Below, piece by piece: positions 34,550 to 48,085 of a stretch of 64,000 bases of DNA. The notes beneath the pieces were generated by a model. The model saw nothing but the letters and a program-made list of their open reading frames with translations, did no database searches and was not told where the DNA came from. The DNA lies in NCBI RefSeq assembly GCF_964355755.1, contig NC_092680.1, positions 14,269,045 through 14,333,044 on the forward strand, written 5' to 3'. The position numbers were made by a program, and so were the translations under genes. Source of the DNA: Antedon mediterranea (lineage: Eukaryota > Animalia > Echinodermata). How positions within the stretch are numbered: position 1 is the first letter of the stretch; each line of letters begins with the position of its first letter.

Positions 34550-37180
34550 TACTAAACACCACCAGATACTACAATACCTGCCAGAGAGCAGCCCCCTGTT
34601 TTGAATTGATTATTAATGGTATATTACAAATTTCAAAGCTTATAATAATAAACATTTATTGAAACTACACCTTTACAACGGTGGCACCCGTTCATACACG
34701 GTGCGTTCTATATACAGATAGACATTCAACAGATAGGCCTACAAATTAATAAATACAAACAGATACAAAATAAAACTAGTCAACCGCCGACTCGATCGCT
34801 ATCGTAGTCGTACGTCACTTATGCAATATACAATGAGGTAAAAAGAAAAGAAATACAAACAATTTTAAGTAGTACAGTTACTGAAAAAAAAAAAATATTG
34901 TACCAAAATTTTAAAATAGTAATATTAAAAACTCAAAATAAAAAGATCTCTATACCGCAACAAAACATTACATGCTATCTGCGAGTTGTATAAGATTGTT
35001 TCGTATTTTCCATGATCTTGTTAGGTATACTTTACAAAATTTGTCAAGACTCAATAGAACATTATGACTGAGGGGAAGTGTATCCGTCCCCAGAACATAT
35101 AACATTTTTTCGTAATTATTACTCTGCAGAATGTTTCCCAAACATCTAACTCGTTATGAAAAATTCTTTCAGAAGTTGAATTTCTGGCCGTCGCAATTTC
35201 AGAATCGAATGCGTTGGAGGTTTCGTAACCTTACGAAAACGTATACGTCACATTGTGAAACTTTTGAGCTGATCCCCATTTCATATTTGTAAAGCGTATT
35301 CGTGTTGACGACGAATATAATATCATCACAGTCATATTTTACATTTGAATCAGGAATGATTCATGATTGTAATATAATTATAGATTTATTGAAAGTAATT
35401 TACGAAAAGTAATTTTTACTAAAATGTCAAGCTTATTTTGATAATTAGCAGTTTTTAAAGTCCTCCCTCGCCGGCCAAGCAACATGTGAAACAGATTTTT
35501 ACACTGGCGCGCTTATGAAAACGAATAGCCTACGTGTGTGTATCCGTTTTCGTTATCGTGTATGCGTAGCGTTGTGAATCCTCCCCAATACGAAACGAAC
35601 GCGTTCGTCATCCGGATTAACTGTGAGGCGCGCGCTACCGATGCATTTATTTGCTCAAATAAAATCATTCTTTTCTGTAGGCTACACTATAACAATAATA
35701 GGCCTAGTATTTATTCAGACACAATCCAAATCATTTTAGACTTTCATGTACTATACGATAGGCCTATTTAAAATCCGTTAGGTTTCTGTAAGTTAAAAAA
35801 AGAGTAGAATCATTATAGAATAGGAAAAAATAAAAACAGAGGTTTTAACTTGATATTAGCCTACCGTGTATTTTATATACAAGCCATCAGCAATAATAAT
35901 AATTATTACACCATAACATACAATAAAAAAATGAATAAAAATTATCGTGTTAATTAATGTTTCATCTCACATACACAATAAAAGTAAACGTGGAAGTGTA
36001 TCAACAAGGTTTCACGATCTCCTTTATCTTGTTGTCAATTAGGTCCGGTACTTTTAATGTTTTCCAGTTAGTTGCTAATTTAATATAATATTGTTAATAT
36101 TGCTTCCAATATCAAACAGTAACCATGTGTTTGATTTCTGTGGCAAAATAGCGTATATTTTAACAAAATCAGGATTCTTTCCTTTAGTAAATCAACATTT
36201 TTTGGAAGCCATGTTCGTCTTCGCATCTTACTAGGCCTAAACCTTCATTTGCAAAAAATACGGTAGCTTTCATTTCATTTATTTTTTGCGTCATTTTCTT
36301 TTGTTTTCCGATTTTGTTCGTACAGTGACATTCTTCAGATGGCGGTAGGCTGTACAGAGAATGTGAGATGATGACGGGAATGTAAGCTGCGCTGTAAACA
36401 CAAATCACAATTAACACAATCCTTTTTAATCGTTTTGTCACATTATGTTATAATGTAGGCCTAATAATTATTATTATTGCTGATTTCTTATCAAGTTAAA
36501 ACTTGAAAATCGAATGATAACCTTTGGATTGTGTCTGAATAAATACTTAGGGTACAATTTTAGATCATCAAAAAGACAAACGCATTATTAAACAGAATAC
36601 CATCACTGACAGAAGGGCGTGTCGGATTATTAAAATGACAGTAGCGTACATTTTATGGTTTCAGTAGAAAAGGACCAAAAATATCAACCGAAGAATAAAT
36701 TCCTACTATAAAAATAAAGACAAATTGTTGTGTGAACATTGTATTAAGTTTTATTATTTTAAAATGTTAGGCCTATTGTGTGCAGACAAGAATTATTTGA
36801 CAAAATAAATGCTGTGAGAGCAGTTGAGTACAAAAGCGTTATTTATTATGAAATGTTATATAGGCCTATATTGTACAGAAAATAATGTACGTAGTCCTAA
36901 ATAAATGCATCGTAGCGCGCGCCTAACACAGTTGACTGAATACAATACATAAGAAACACGGATGAACGTTTCGTTACTATTTATTATGATGATCAAACGC
37001 ATTCGATTCTAGAATTGCCGCACGGCAAGAAATTCAACTTTTAACCTCAATTTTATCAGTTCCTGAAAGAATTAAGCTTTGAAATTTGTAATATTAATAA
37101 TCAATTCAAAGCAGGTGGCTGCTCTCTGGTAGTTTGTTGCCCTCCTGGTAGGTCTGGTGGCCAGGTATTTGGTGGTGTTT
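34550..37180. mobile_element. Foldback-like element with long inverted arms; left arm interrupted by insertions
   Basis: Colinear inverted matches: 34580-34640/37075-37130, 35168-35215/36993-37042, 35625-35652/36900-36924 and 35710-35730/36523-36545. Another copy of the arm end lies at 18270-18400. Confidence 0.7.
35216..35590. mobile_element. MITE, same family as 46106-46592
   Basis: GGAGGTTTCGTAACCTTACG..GAAACTTTTGAGCTGATCCCCATTTCATAT..TATCCGTTTTCGTTATCGT is shared with 46106-46592. Confidence 0.8.
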
Positions 37181-37189
37181 TTTCGTGCC

Positions 37190-38523
37190 GCGGCTTTAGC
37201 CAGCTATATCCCCAGAGGATTACTCATTCAGAAGCTATATCAAGCGGAAGCTATAGTTCTAGAAGAGGCTGCCATTTTTGATATTTTGTAAACTAGGACG
37301 GGTCATGCTCAAATTACAAACCTCAAAGCACGTCTGGGAGAAAAGAGTCTATGAAAACATTTGCATGCATGTAGACGGTAATCTGTAAAATCTTGTGAAT
37401 AATGACTTTTTTCTTGCTGTCAACCTAGGCCGGTATTATAATAATTCACTGTAAAAAAATAAAAACTTTATTTTTGCTATAATACAGGTACTGCTGTAAT
37501 TCGCCGTCAGATAATCATTGAATTATGATCAAAAACAGTCCATAGTAAAGATTTTGTTTGTAATAGGATAGGCTTGATGAAGTGACCCCCAGACTTGACC
37601 TTAGCAATAAAATAAAGTGACAGAAATTGAGTCTGTTTAGTCGTCTAGCTTTAATATTATTTAGACATCATTTTATTAAAATTATTTTAATAAACACATC
37701 ATCTTGTACAGATTCAGTATTTTTTATTTTTCAATTTTCACAATTATGACGTAATTCTTGTTGTATTTTACTTCAAATACAAATGTATTCACTTCTGTAA
37801 AAAAAAAATTATTATTCACTTTTAACAAGAGAAAAGTAACATTTAATACCATTTTCTGTGACAGAGAGTATTTTTTTGCTTTAAATTACATTTTTTCAGG
37901 TAAATATTTTTTTAGTTAACGTGAATAACTATTATGTGACACATTCAAAAACAAATTTGAAAAAAATATTTTTTTTTTCAGAGTGACAATATATCTTTTA
38001 AAACTGTTTGTCTACTCGCGAGCGGAGTTTTTTGTAAGAAATATTTCTTGTTTACAGTAGTGGGACTGTAATCTCAATTATCATACACATGACATCGCAT
38101 CTGATCACAAAACTTAGCAATACTAAAAATCGTCTTTCTGCCAGCCTGTTCCATTCATTTATATACTATATTAAACCCATCAACCATATATTGGACTTAG
38201 CATGTAGTACAATTAATTTCCAGTCCGCTTAAAACAAAATGTTTAGATGTCGCGCGCAAATTTGTTTAGACGATCCCTAAGTTTAACCTTTGACAGGGTG
38301 GTATTGATCATCATAGAGAGGAGAGAAAGCAAAACGAGGCTGATCTCTCTATCATCCCTCTGCTGCTCGTCTCACTCTGTGTGTGAACATTTGCATGCAC
38401 ATGAAAAATAAAATGGTGATAAATTATGTGAGATGTTCTGGACGGTTTATTTGAGTAAAATGAAGTAACCGTACTTTAAAAGTCCTTTGGAAATTGATTG
38501 TAATTATTTCAAAATTGGTAAGT
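37190..38523 (+). promoter_or_regulatory. Candidate promoter and non-coding first exon(s) of DENND4
   Basis: Unique, relatively CpG-containing sequence with a YY1-like GCCATTTT at ~37271. Candidate donors ACG|GTAATC (37378) and TTG|GTAAGT (38518). The ATG exon at 54175 has an acceptor, so it needs an upstream exon. Confidence 0.4.
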
Positions 38524-38809
38524 AGAATTTGAAAGACGTAATTTGTAATTATAAGACGGTAATTTTATGAGAATATGGTGAATATAAAAATGACGAGACG
38601 GCCACTCTGGCCGACAACAACGCAACGGATCGGAATGAACCTGGTTGAAACACCCACCATCCAGCTATTATGCGATGGAGGACTGTCTCCCCTCCTCTAT
38701 GATTAGGCCCTATGCCTAGCGACATGATGTTTCTGGACAAATTGCTGTGAAAAATAAGACCCATTCCCTACAATTGTTGAATTAAAAAAAAAGAATTCAT
38801 ATTGGCTAG

Positions 38810-38985
38810 ACGCTAGGCCTAGGCCTACTAGCCTACCTAGGCCTAGCTAGAGGCCTAGCCTAGGCCTAGTAGTACTACTAGGCTAGGGCCTAGTAGTAGT
38901 GTAGGCCTAGCGACCCGGCCTAGCTAGGAGGCCTACTAGGCTAGGCCTAGGTAGGTAGGCTAGGCCTAGCAAGCTAGTTTAGGCT
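38810..38985. repeat. TAGGCCTA/CTAG low-complexity tract
   Basis: Dense TAGGCCTAGGCCTACTAGCC... concatenation. Confidence 0.85.
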
Positions 38986-39046
38986 TCGTTTCGCACCTGC
39001 CTTTTTTTCACTCCAAATTTGTTAAGTAACCATATCGTGAATATAA

Positions 39047-40549
39047 TGCACTTGTCAATTGTATGACGCACTATACGACCCCCGGGAGAGGTGCATCATT
39101 TGTCCGATGTGAGTCATACCTTTGTATACCATGACGCATCCCTGCGTCAAAAAAGTGACTTACCTTTACTAGACAATGACGCACCTATTTTTAAATCAGC
39201 GACGGACCTTTTAGTGAATTATGATTTGAACGATTTGCGCAATTTAAAATTGCGCAAAGAATTCCTTGCGCAATTTGAATTGAAACATCTGTTTCAAATT
39301 GCGCAAGCAACGTATTAAATTGCGCAAGTAATCTGCAAATTGCGCAAGGTTTTTTTCGACAGATTGTGAAATCATGCACACCCATATTTTTATAGTAATT
39401 TCTAAGAATGATTCAAAATTAAAGATAATATCGTATTTCCTTATTTTTTGTAGTAGTGAAAATATTGTTATTGTTAGCATACCGTCGAAGACCCGACAAA
39501 GGACCACAAAGGTGGTGTTCCCGGCGGGCACGTGCACGGCGGGCGGCTAATTACTACTCTAGCCTACTACTGGCTATGTTTTGATAGCAAGTCTAAACGT
39601 TGGTGGCGGTAGACTATGTTGTGTATTACTACATTAATTTTTTTTATTTTTACATTTATTTTGATTTATTTTAAGTTACAATGAGTGATAATATTATTTA
39701 ATTGTGTATGCCATTTATGTTGTGTATTATACACATGTTATCTTCGCATTTATTATGTTTCATTTTGAGTTATTAGTTTCGAATAAATTATTATTATTGT
39801 TAACCGATCGTCGACGTTAGCACGCATTCTGGTAGAATTCTGCTGCGCAATTTGACAATTTTACAAATTGTGCAGCGCAATTTGAAATTGCGCAAGGATT
39901 TTCTTGCGCAATTTGATATTGCGCAAGTTGATTGCGCAATTTAATATTGCGCAAGAAAATCCGTGCGCAATTTGAAATTGCGCAAGGAATTTTTTGCGCA
40001 ATTTCAAATTGCGCAAATCGTTGAAATCGCGCATAACAATGACGCACCACGACTGTCTTTTTGACGTACCTTCACTGACGATTGTTGACCCCGACTACTG
40101 CGCAGTGCATGCAGTGTGATATCAAAAATCTCAAACTAATACGCGTGTCTGGTGCTATGGAGGCGCGCCAGGGTCGTCGATCGATGTTAATCAGGCCGGC
40201 TAGGAACGTTCTCGCGCGATCACACAATCACACAAAGATTGGAACGGCTATTTATAATACAAATATTATGTCATTTTCCAGTTTGGCCGATAGAGGGCGC
40301 GAGTGATGACGCTCTCAAGCGTGACAATGTACAACGCAACCTGGCCGCCCCTCCGCGATCATCAAGGCCTTGTTTTCAGGCTTTTTGGGTGACGCGGGTC
40401 GATGGTAAAGTGACGGACATTGAACATTGAGGCGACGCACCATTTGGGTTCTTTGACGCACCCCTGTGTCATTAATTATTTGTAAATGACGCACCCATGA
40501 CGCACCACTCCCGGGGGTCGTATAGTGCGTCATACAATTGACAAGTGCA
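39047..40549. mobile_element. MITE with ~50-bp TIRs and TAA TSD (Harbinger-like), containing a nested ATTGCGCAA-repeat MITE (~39219-40036)
   Basis: TAA|TGCACTTGTCAATTGTATGACGCACTATACGACCCCCGGGAG...CTCCCGGGGGTCGTATAGTGCGTCATACAATTGACAAGTGCA|TAA. The inner element has inverted ends AACGATTTGCGCAATTT / AAATTGCGCAAATCGTT. Confidence 0.85.
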
Positions 40550-40728
40550 TAACACCTTATTAGAATTAGGCCTCATACATAATAAGTAATTTTACAAATG
40601 AGAATCACAGAAAAATTAACAAATAAGTCCTTTATAATGTGCCGTTTTCAAAGAATATCAACCGACCCTAAAAATCAGCAGACTAAAGGAAGACTGAAGG
40701 ATATTATTTAGATCATTGAGGTATAAAC

Positions 40729-41683
40729 GGAGTATGGTCGAAGCGGCCGCCAACCAAAGCGGTCGCCAGTTTAATATTGTCATTTGTATGGAACGCCATG
40801 TGTGCTTTAATCTTTGATTGTCGTTGTCAACGCCATGGCCTATGCCATGGCGAGTTGAGTTACACAGCTGTATGTATGGTCAAACCAATAAATATAAACC
40901 AAATCATGTACTGTACTATCGAATCTTTATATTTCTATAATAATAAAGTTTGCCTGCCGATAAATCAATGTATATTTTATTTGTATTTTACAGGGCTGAA
41001 AATTAACCTTTAAACCATAGTGGCCAGCAGGGCCAGTTGAAGTTGAAGGATGGTCGCCCTTATTAAAAATGGCTGGCCCTTATTAATTTTTTGTACAAAT
41101 TTGTTTTGCCCGACAGGGGTGGGGATAACTAACTAGCAGAAATTCGCGTAATTAATTACCGTACCGGTAAAACTCATTTTAAATTGATCAATATTTTTAT
41201 ATCTGAAGGTATAAAACAATTTAGGATATTAAATAAATAAATTGATGTCATCATGTTATTGTAATTAAATTATGATTGCGAACACGTACTAGAGTAGTTA
41301 CTTTACTAATTAATTTAATATACAATAACAAATATATATATTTTGATATACTTTATTGAAAAAATATATACATTATTCTTAATAATTGGCTTATTATATA
41401 TTAATATACAATACAAAAACCACAGTGTATTTATTGACTTTATTAAACATAGGCCTATATATCATTTAGAACACGCCATTTCGTTTAAAATAACGTATCG
41501 CATTCAATCTGTAAAAAAAAGAGAATAAATTACATAATAATGTAGATTGTTTTTTACGTCCGAGAAAAGAAAACCTGTCGAAACAATGACAATCAAAGAT
41601 TACAAAACAACGATCAATCAAAGCGCACACGGCGTTCCATACAAATTACCGTTATTGGTTGGCGGCCGCTTCGACCGTAATCC
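40729..41683. mobile_element. MITE with GG..CC termini and an 8-bp TSD (Merlin- or MULE-like)
   Basis: GTATAAAC|GGAGTATGGTCGAAGCGGCCGCC...GGCGGCCGCTTCGACCGTAATCC|GTATAAAC. Confidence 0.8.
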
Positions 41684-44589
41684 GTATAAACTACACTCCT
41701 ACCTACATGTTATGATGATAAATTTGTCGTTTTATGCAAACGTCAGGGAGAAGTCCCCGATAAAAATATACATCCGGTATTACAGTAAACGATGCAAATA
41801 ATATTATTATTAGATTGTATGTTACTCTTTTGTTTGTTAATCTGTAATTTAACGTTATTTCAGGATTCTGGAATTTATTTTATTTAAAAATTTCTTTTTT
41901 GAAGGGTAAAAATTGAACTGATCATCCACCTCGGGGTTTCCCTTTTTATAAACCCACACAACATCATGTCACTGTGTCTCTCAGTGTTGTGTCAGTCTAA
42001 TGTAGGATTTTGCATTTTAATCACGATCGTGACTAACGCATGGATGCCGGCTATCAGCCCTTCCCTCGTCATGAAGAGCGACTGTCGATAATTGTGTAAT
42101 TTTTCTTTGATATTACATATTTTTGTTGATATGTGTATACTGGCATAATGTTCTACACTTTTAAAATATAATAATAAATTTGAATGCATTTTCTTCTCAT
42201 ATTCTGCTAAATGCATGACAAATATGTGGTCACGCATATATTTGTTCAAAAATCACATTGAAATGCGGGACCGTCCCGCAAGATGCGAGACGGTTGGTAA
42301 AAATGCAGTCGTGTAGCAGACAAGATATACAAGTGGTGTGTGTGTGTGTTTTTTTTTTTTTAATGGGGCTGCGGTGCAGACGAACTGTTTCGTAATCGTG
42401 CAGCAAGACTAGTGTGATCTGTATTCTACAATACGATTTACACGCAGAGTGCTGTTATGCATTTTGCTGTGCACTTTTTGCACTCCAGTGCATGATAGTG
42501 AAAAAATAAAGAGCACACACGTGACTCATTTCAACTCGTCTGATTGGCTACATCCTTGTTATAATAGTAATTAACTTTAAATAACCTTCTCGTGGATAGC
42601 ACACCTTAGAATTGGGTTACATTACATTTAACATGTTTCTCGCAAACACACTTTTACACTCATACTCGATGTTATAATTAGAGAGCTAATAATTCAAGAT
42701 TTTTTCTACGTTTAATTCATTTATTAAAAATAAATTTCAATATATTTTGTCAAATAGAATATTTTATTTAGTTCACATTTTAAACATAATATAATATTAG
42801 TTTATTTATTGACCCCTTTTTTTGGCATGTCATTTTTTAAATCTAATTTGAGAATTTGGTCAGTCTACAGTTCATTTGTTGAGTGCTATGATGCATACCA
42901 CAGTGCTTTGTAGTGGTTTTGTTTTGGCATACCTACTATCTAGGCACGCATAACCTCCTCCTACTTGTATTCATACATTGATTTGCTCCAAAGGCATTAT
43001 TTTTTCTAGATTCTTCTCATTTTAAAGATCAGCATTGAATTAAAATAAAAGTTTTATTAATAAACAGAGAGCTCCATCGCTTTGAAATCTATAAACCATT
43101 TATAAAAACAAAATCTATTTGATTGAATTTAAAATTGCTTATCATTTCTTGATATAATAATGACAGCCAAAATTGTTAATCCGGAGAACTTCATTTAAGT
43201 TAAGTTAACTAATTGCTTTTATACCATTATTATCATTATATAATTTTATAGATGACTAATAATCGATATCAAATTGTAAATATATTAGAGGATGATTAGA
43301 GTGATGTACAGAACCTGTGGATGATAAAACCCTTTACAATGTCAAGGATAAATATCACAAAGAAAAGCCCACACACTTTACTATACATTGTCTTCTTATC
43401 GATGACTCACCAATGATAATAGACTTTAATCTCAAATATCGGTTTACAATGGGCTTTTCCTGCATACAATATTTGGGGGGATGTAATAACTGGAGTGCAC
43501 TAGTCGAAAAAAATCATTTGTTATTCAAGTTGCAGTTACAACATCACACAACTTTACTATTTATATCGTATACTGGAACAGTGGAGAATTATTTAGGTTG
43601 TGATTGAGATTCTCTCTCTGTTGTTTTAGTTCCCTAATGCTTGATCACTTTAAAATTTTACTAAACATTAAAATTAATATAACTGTAGATTATTTTTGAA
43701 GTCATAAATAAATATTATAAAGATGTTTAAAGATGAGAACATTGCAAGTATGTGCATATAAAAAAAAAAATTGTATTTATAAAATAATACTGATTAATAA
43801 ATAATTTTTCAATATTATATGAAGAGCCTAGCCTTAATATGTCGAGCTGATTCTGGGTACAACAGAAAGCAGGCAAATTCTGTGATACAGTTTAAAATGT
43901 ATGTTGCGCTTATCATTGGCAATATTAAGCCTGAAATATCACATACAGTATTATTATGCAACCATCTGTCCGGCTTGCATGTCTGTCTAGCTTGCATGTC
44001 TGTCTTGACTTTATTCAGAAACTATGAGTCGCACTGTCTTTGTTGGGTGTAGCTCGGTATAAGAAAGAATGAGTTTGCGTCAAGGTGTAATTGAATTCTT
44101 GTATACCGTACAGTATCACAAGCAATGTGTTTCGTAACAGCAAAATGTTCAGATATGCTTAACTAACGCTTTCCTTTAAAACTGAAGTGTCACCGAATTT
44201 GGGTATCTGATATGCAGGAGTAAAATTGATTTGAAAAATCATTGATGCATGACTTTTGTATCATAAACGGAGTTCACTAATATGGTACCTTGAGGTGTCG
44301 TAACGAACGAAAGATCAGTGAGAGGCAAGATGTGCCTTCCACTAATTTTTTTCTTGGTTCAGACAACATGTACAATACGAAAGCATAACTCTGTTAAAAG
44401 AAATTGTTCAAGGTGTGTGCTGGTCATTCACCTTTCTTTACAATTATTAAGTGATGAGCAAACAAACATAATATTAGTTGTAGTTGTGTTCTTTTGTCAT
44501 TTGACCTTGTGTGTGGGTACTGTAGATCTTATTCATCTAGGATCATTGCCCATACAATCTACAAAAATGCAGTTATTAAAGACACAGCA

Positions 44590-44760
44590 ACAATACTGGG
44601 TTTCTCCCAATTTGTATCAACAGAGTCTGTCAAAAACAGAAAGATATTTAATGCAGCAACTATACAACGTCAGGCTAGGGCTACGGCTCAAGTACAGTAC
44701 GATGTTCGTAACGTTACCAATGTTTACCAGCTAGGCCTACAAAAATAAGCCTAGCTAGCT
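44590..44760 (+). repeat. Internal fragment of the 58351-58976 element family
   Basis: CCAATTTGTATCAAC.GAGTCTG..TAATGCAGCAACTATACAACGTCAGGCTAGG..TGTTTACCAGCTAGGCCTACAAAA is shared with 58630-58785. Confidence 0.8.
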
Positions 44761-46032
44761 TGAAACGATATTATGATGGTATAACCAGGATGTCTTGGTC
44801 ATGTAATGAGTTTTTACCACAATATAGTGTACACAAGATCTGACACATGTTTACTGTTACTGTTAAGGATATTGTTTTTGAAAAAAAGCAAATGGTTGAT
44901 CACAAACTGCAGAAATGGCTAGCTACAATGACCATACTATAAATTTAGCTTAGTTTGTGCATATTTTTTCGATAAAGACACTTGACTCTCAGTTAGGTGA
45001 TTCTCCCGTCACGTGTGCAACATTCATACAACAATTTTAGCTATTTTATGGTAGTTCTAGCCTTAAGCTCTGTCTACACTATCAAACTTTATGTGTCAAA
45101 AAAATGTGATGTGCCCATATATGGACATGATGATGTCATATCACTACCATATTTAAGCCTTACAAGTTGTAGAAGGAGATTTACTATGCTACATTTATTT
45201 AATTCTTTTAGGCCATCGGGTGAAAATCCTATCATTCAATCCTGTTCCGATCTCTGACTAAAAAAATTCCTCATGATAATTATTTAAATAATATTTTAAA
45301 AGTGATAACGCAAAAAAGTCAGAAATCTGAGTTTTCTAGATCTAGAAAACTCAGATATCTGAGATCTGAGTTTTCTAGATCTGAGTTTTCTAGACACCCT
45401 TTATTCTGTCCTGTCCTGTACAAGAGTGTGTTGCGTAACATCTAAGAGATTCCATGTAATAAGATTTTAATTGTGAAGAAAGGCTAATTTGTTTTAATCC
45501 TAAAATTGTCTCAATTGGGCATGGTTTTTATAATCATTCTCACCAGAGTTTATTATCATCATGTACTTACCACTATCCCAAGCACTTGCCTTGGACTTTT
45601 TGGAGGTTTAGAGTTCTAAGTCTACAGTACTTGATACGTGTCATAAGTACATCTTCTGATTTCCTTCCTTGCCCTTGGTGTAATGTAATTGACCTACACA
45701 GCAGTACATAACCAAAATAACATTAATGTCCTAGGGAGGTAGGTACTTCCACGTACAGGAATATATAATTCAATTAAAGTCACATATTGTAAAACATTAG
45801 ATCACATAGAATGGCATATTGTACTTATCATATTTTGAATGTCAGGTTTAAACTAGCCTTTTAGAGAATATGTTGTGAAATTTGTAAATTGAAATGAATG
45901 TATAATGCAGTTTTATTTTTATCTATATAGTTTATCTATCTATTAATGTTTGCATCAAGCAGAATAAGTGTAAGGATGCGTTTATACAACACACTATAAC
46001 ATGCCTAAAAATGTGTGTTGCATAAACATTAA

Positions 46033-47088
46033 AGATGTATTGTCCCTTGAAACACAAAAAATGAAAAAAAAGATATTCTAAATCTAAATTGGCCATCAAA
46101 GTAATAGGGAGGTTTCGCAACCTTACGAATACGATAACGAAAAGGGATACGTCATACATTTGTGAAACTTTTGAGCTGATCCCCATTTCATATTCGTAAA
46201 GCGTATTCGTGTTGACGAATATCACCAGTCATATTCGTAACTACAAAACGAGTATAGTTTTTGATCTATTTTGCACATTTTGCATTTGAATCAAGAATGA
46301 TTCATGATTATAATATAATTATATTATTATATATTTACTAAAATGACAAGTCAATTTTGATAAATAGCAGTTTTTAAAGTCCTCACTCGCTTTGATGTTA
46401 CGCTAGGCCTACACTAGGCAGCCAAGCAACACGTGCCTGCGCTTCGCTCAAATTTACCGCAGTCATATTTTGGACGCGCCTCAATATTTCGTTGCCATGC
46501 GAAACAGATTTTTTTATGGCTTATGAAAATGAATACGTGTGCGTGACGTATCCGTTTTCGTTATCGTATTCGTAAGATTGCGAAACCTCTCTAATATTAA
46601 AGTTATTCACTTTAAGTCAAAAATTCGAGTCAAAATCAACAAGTTTACGTAATTAACATGTAAATTAATTTTATTACATTTCGTCTGGAAAATCGTCACG
46701 AGCGAAAGTAAACAAAGATTTCAAACCACGAGTATGCATGATGCTAATTAGAATTGTTTACAACTCGTCACGATTGAGAAAGTTTTTTCACACAGATTGC
46801 GAGGAAGTTTTATGATTATGCATACAGAGTAGCCAAACAAGCGCGTTGCATTATGAGATATGTTTTGATCGAAAACTGAGACTGAAACTAAAGTCAAAGA
46901 TATTTTTTGAACAAAAAAACGTCTGTAATTCGGTTAAATTATTTTTTTTTTCGACTAAGTTTTGGTGAAAGTTAATAACTATTATGATACTTCAAAATGA
47001 TCCACTTTTTTTTCGAAATTAAAAAAAAATTTTTTTTAAAAAATTAGTCAAATAAAAAAATAAATCCTAAATGCAGTCAAATACATCT
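46033..47088. mobile_element. Kolobok-like non-autonomous element (TTAA TSD), copy 1, with a nested MITE
   Basis: TTAA|AGATGTATT...AATACATCT|TTAA. Inverted homologue of 55362-55901. Confidence 0.8.
46106..46592. mobile_element. MITE with ~45-bp TIRs and 3-bp TSD AAT
   Basis: AAT|AGGGAGGTTTCGCAACCTTACGAATACGATAACGAAAA...TTTTCGTTATCGTATTCGTAAGATTGCGAAACCTCTCT|AAT. The empty site is visible in the second Kolobok-like copy at ~55815-55835. Confidence 0.88.
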
Positions 47089-48085
47089 TTAAAGAGATTC
47101 CGTGTAATAAACTGAATTAGAAAGAAAAAAGTATATTGATACTGTAGACGAGCTTTTATTTAAAAACCCTTTGGTGTTGTTTGTAGTACACAGAGTATCT
47201 GTAGTGTATTCTATTATGATGTGTTCTTGTGCTTTTGCTTGGAAATACAATACTGTAATTATAAATTCAAGGTCTTTAGTAAGGCTGAGTTCATTACATC
47301 AATGTACTATGTACTCTATTGACTGATAAAAAGGTATATATACTGCTACATATCATAACGCATATGATTGACAGCTGTCAAGACATCTCAATCAAATACA
47401 TTTCAATAAATTTTCATAGAATGTACTGTAAAATGAAATATGTAATTATCTTCTTTATGATGTTTTATTTCAAATGTTCATTGACCTAATTAAACTACAA
47501 ATAAAAATTAAGTTGATGATCAGTACATGTAAATAGTCGCATACTGCAATAAATCGTTTCACTGGGTATAACATTTGCTAGGTTTTCACTTGCACAGAGC
47601 AAAGAAAATACATTTTGTGTGGAAGGACACTAGAAAATTATTGAATTTGTAGTAATAGTAAAAACAATAAAAATGAATCCATTATATAAAATCTGTCATG
47701 GTTATTTTAGTTTGTAAATTTAATTTTAGATTAATGCCTTACAGATTGAACTCTAAAGATACTGTTGGCAATAACTATTTACAAATTATTGATTACAAAA
47801 GCTTTGAAGTAGAAATAGATCCCACAATTATCAGTACATTTCAAGATCTTAATTAGATATTGTTTATTCCATTGAGATGCTTAATAGCAATTATAATAAT
47901 TATGTTATTCATCTTTACAATTTGTACTTACACACAACAGGATCGTTGACTTAATTGTATGGTACTGTAATAGCACCACCTCAAAACAGTTGTTGGTAGA
48001 GTTTAACTGCGTGTACCCGGTGTATAAACTAGAAAGCCACTCCGAGAGTGCATACCTCCGCCTACTGTAAAATTCTCCTACATAA

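Noticed and set aside
42000-45950. Short ORFs of 60-138 aa in the DENND4 upstream intron
   Set aside because: No recognisable domains or consistent splice structure; several overlap repeat fragments.
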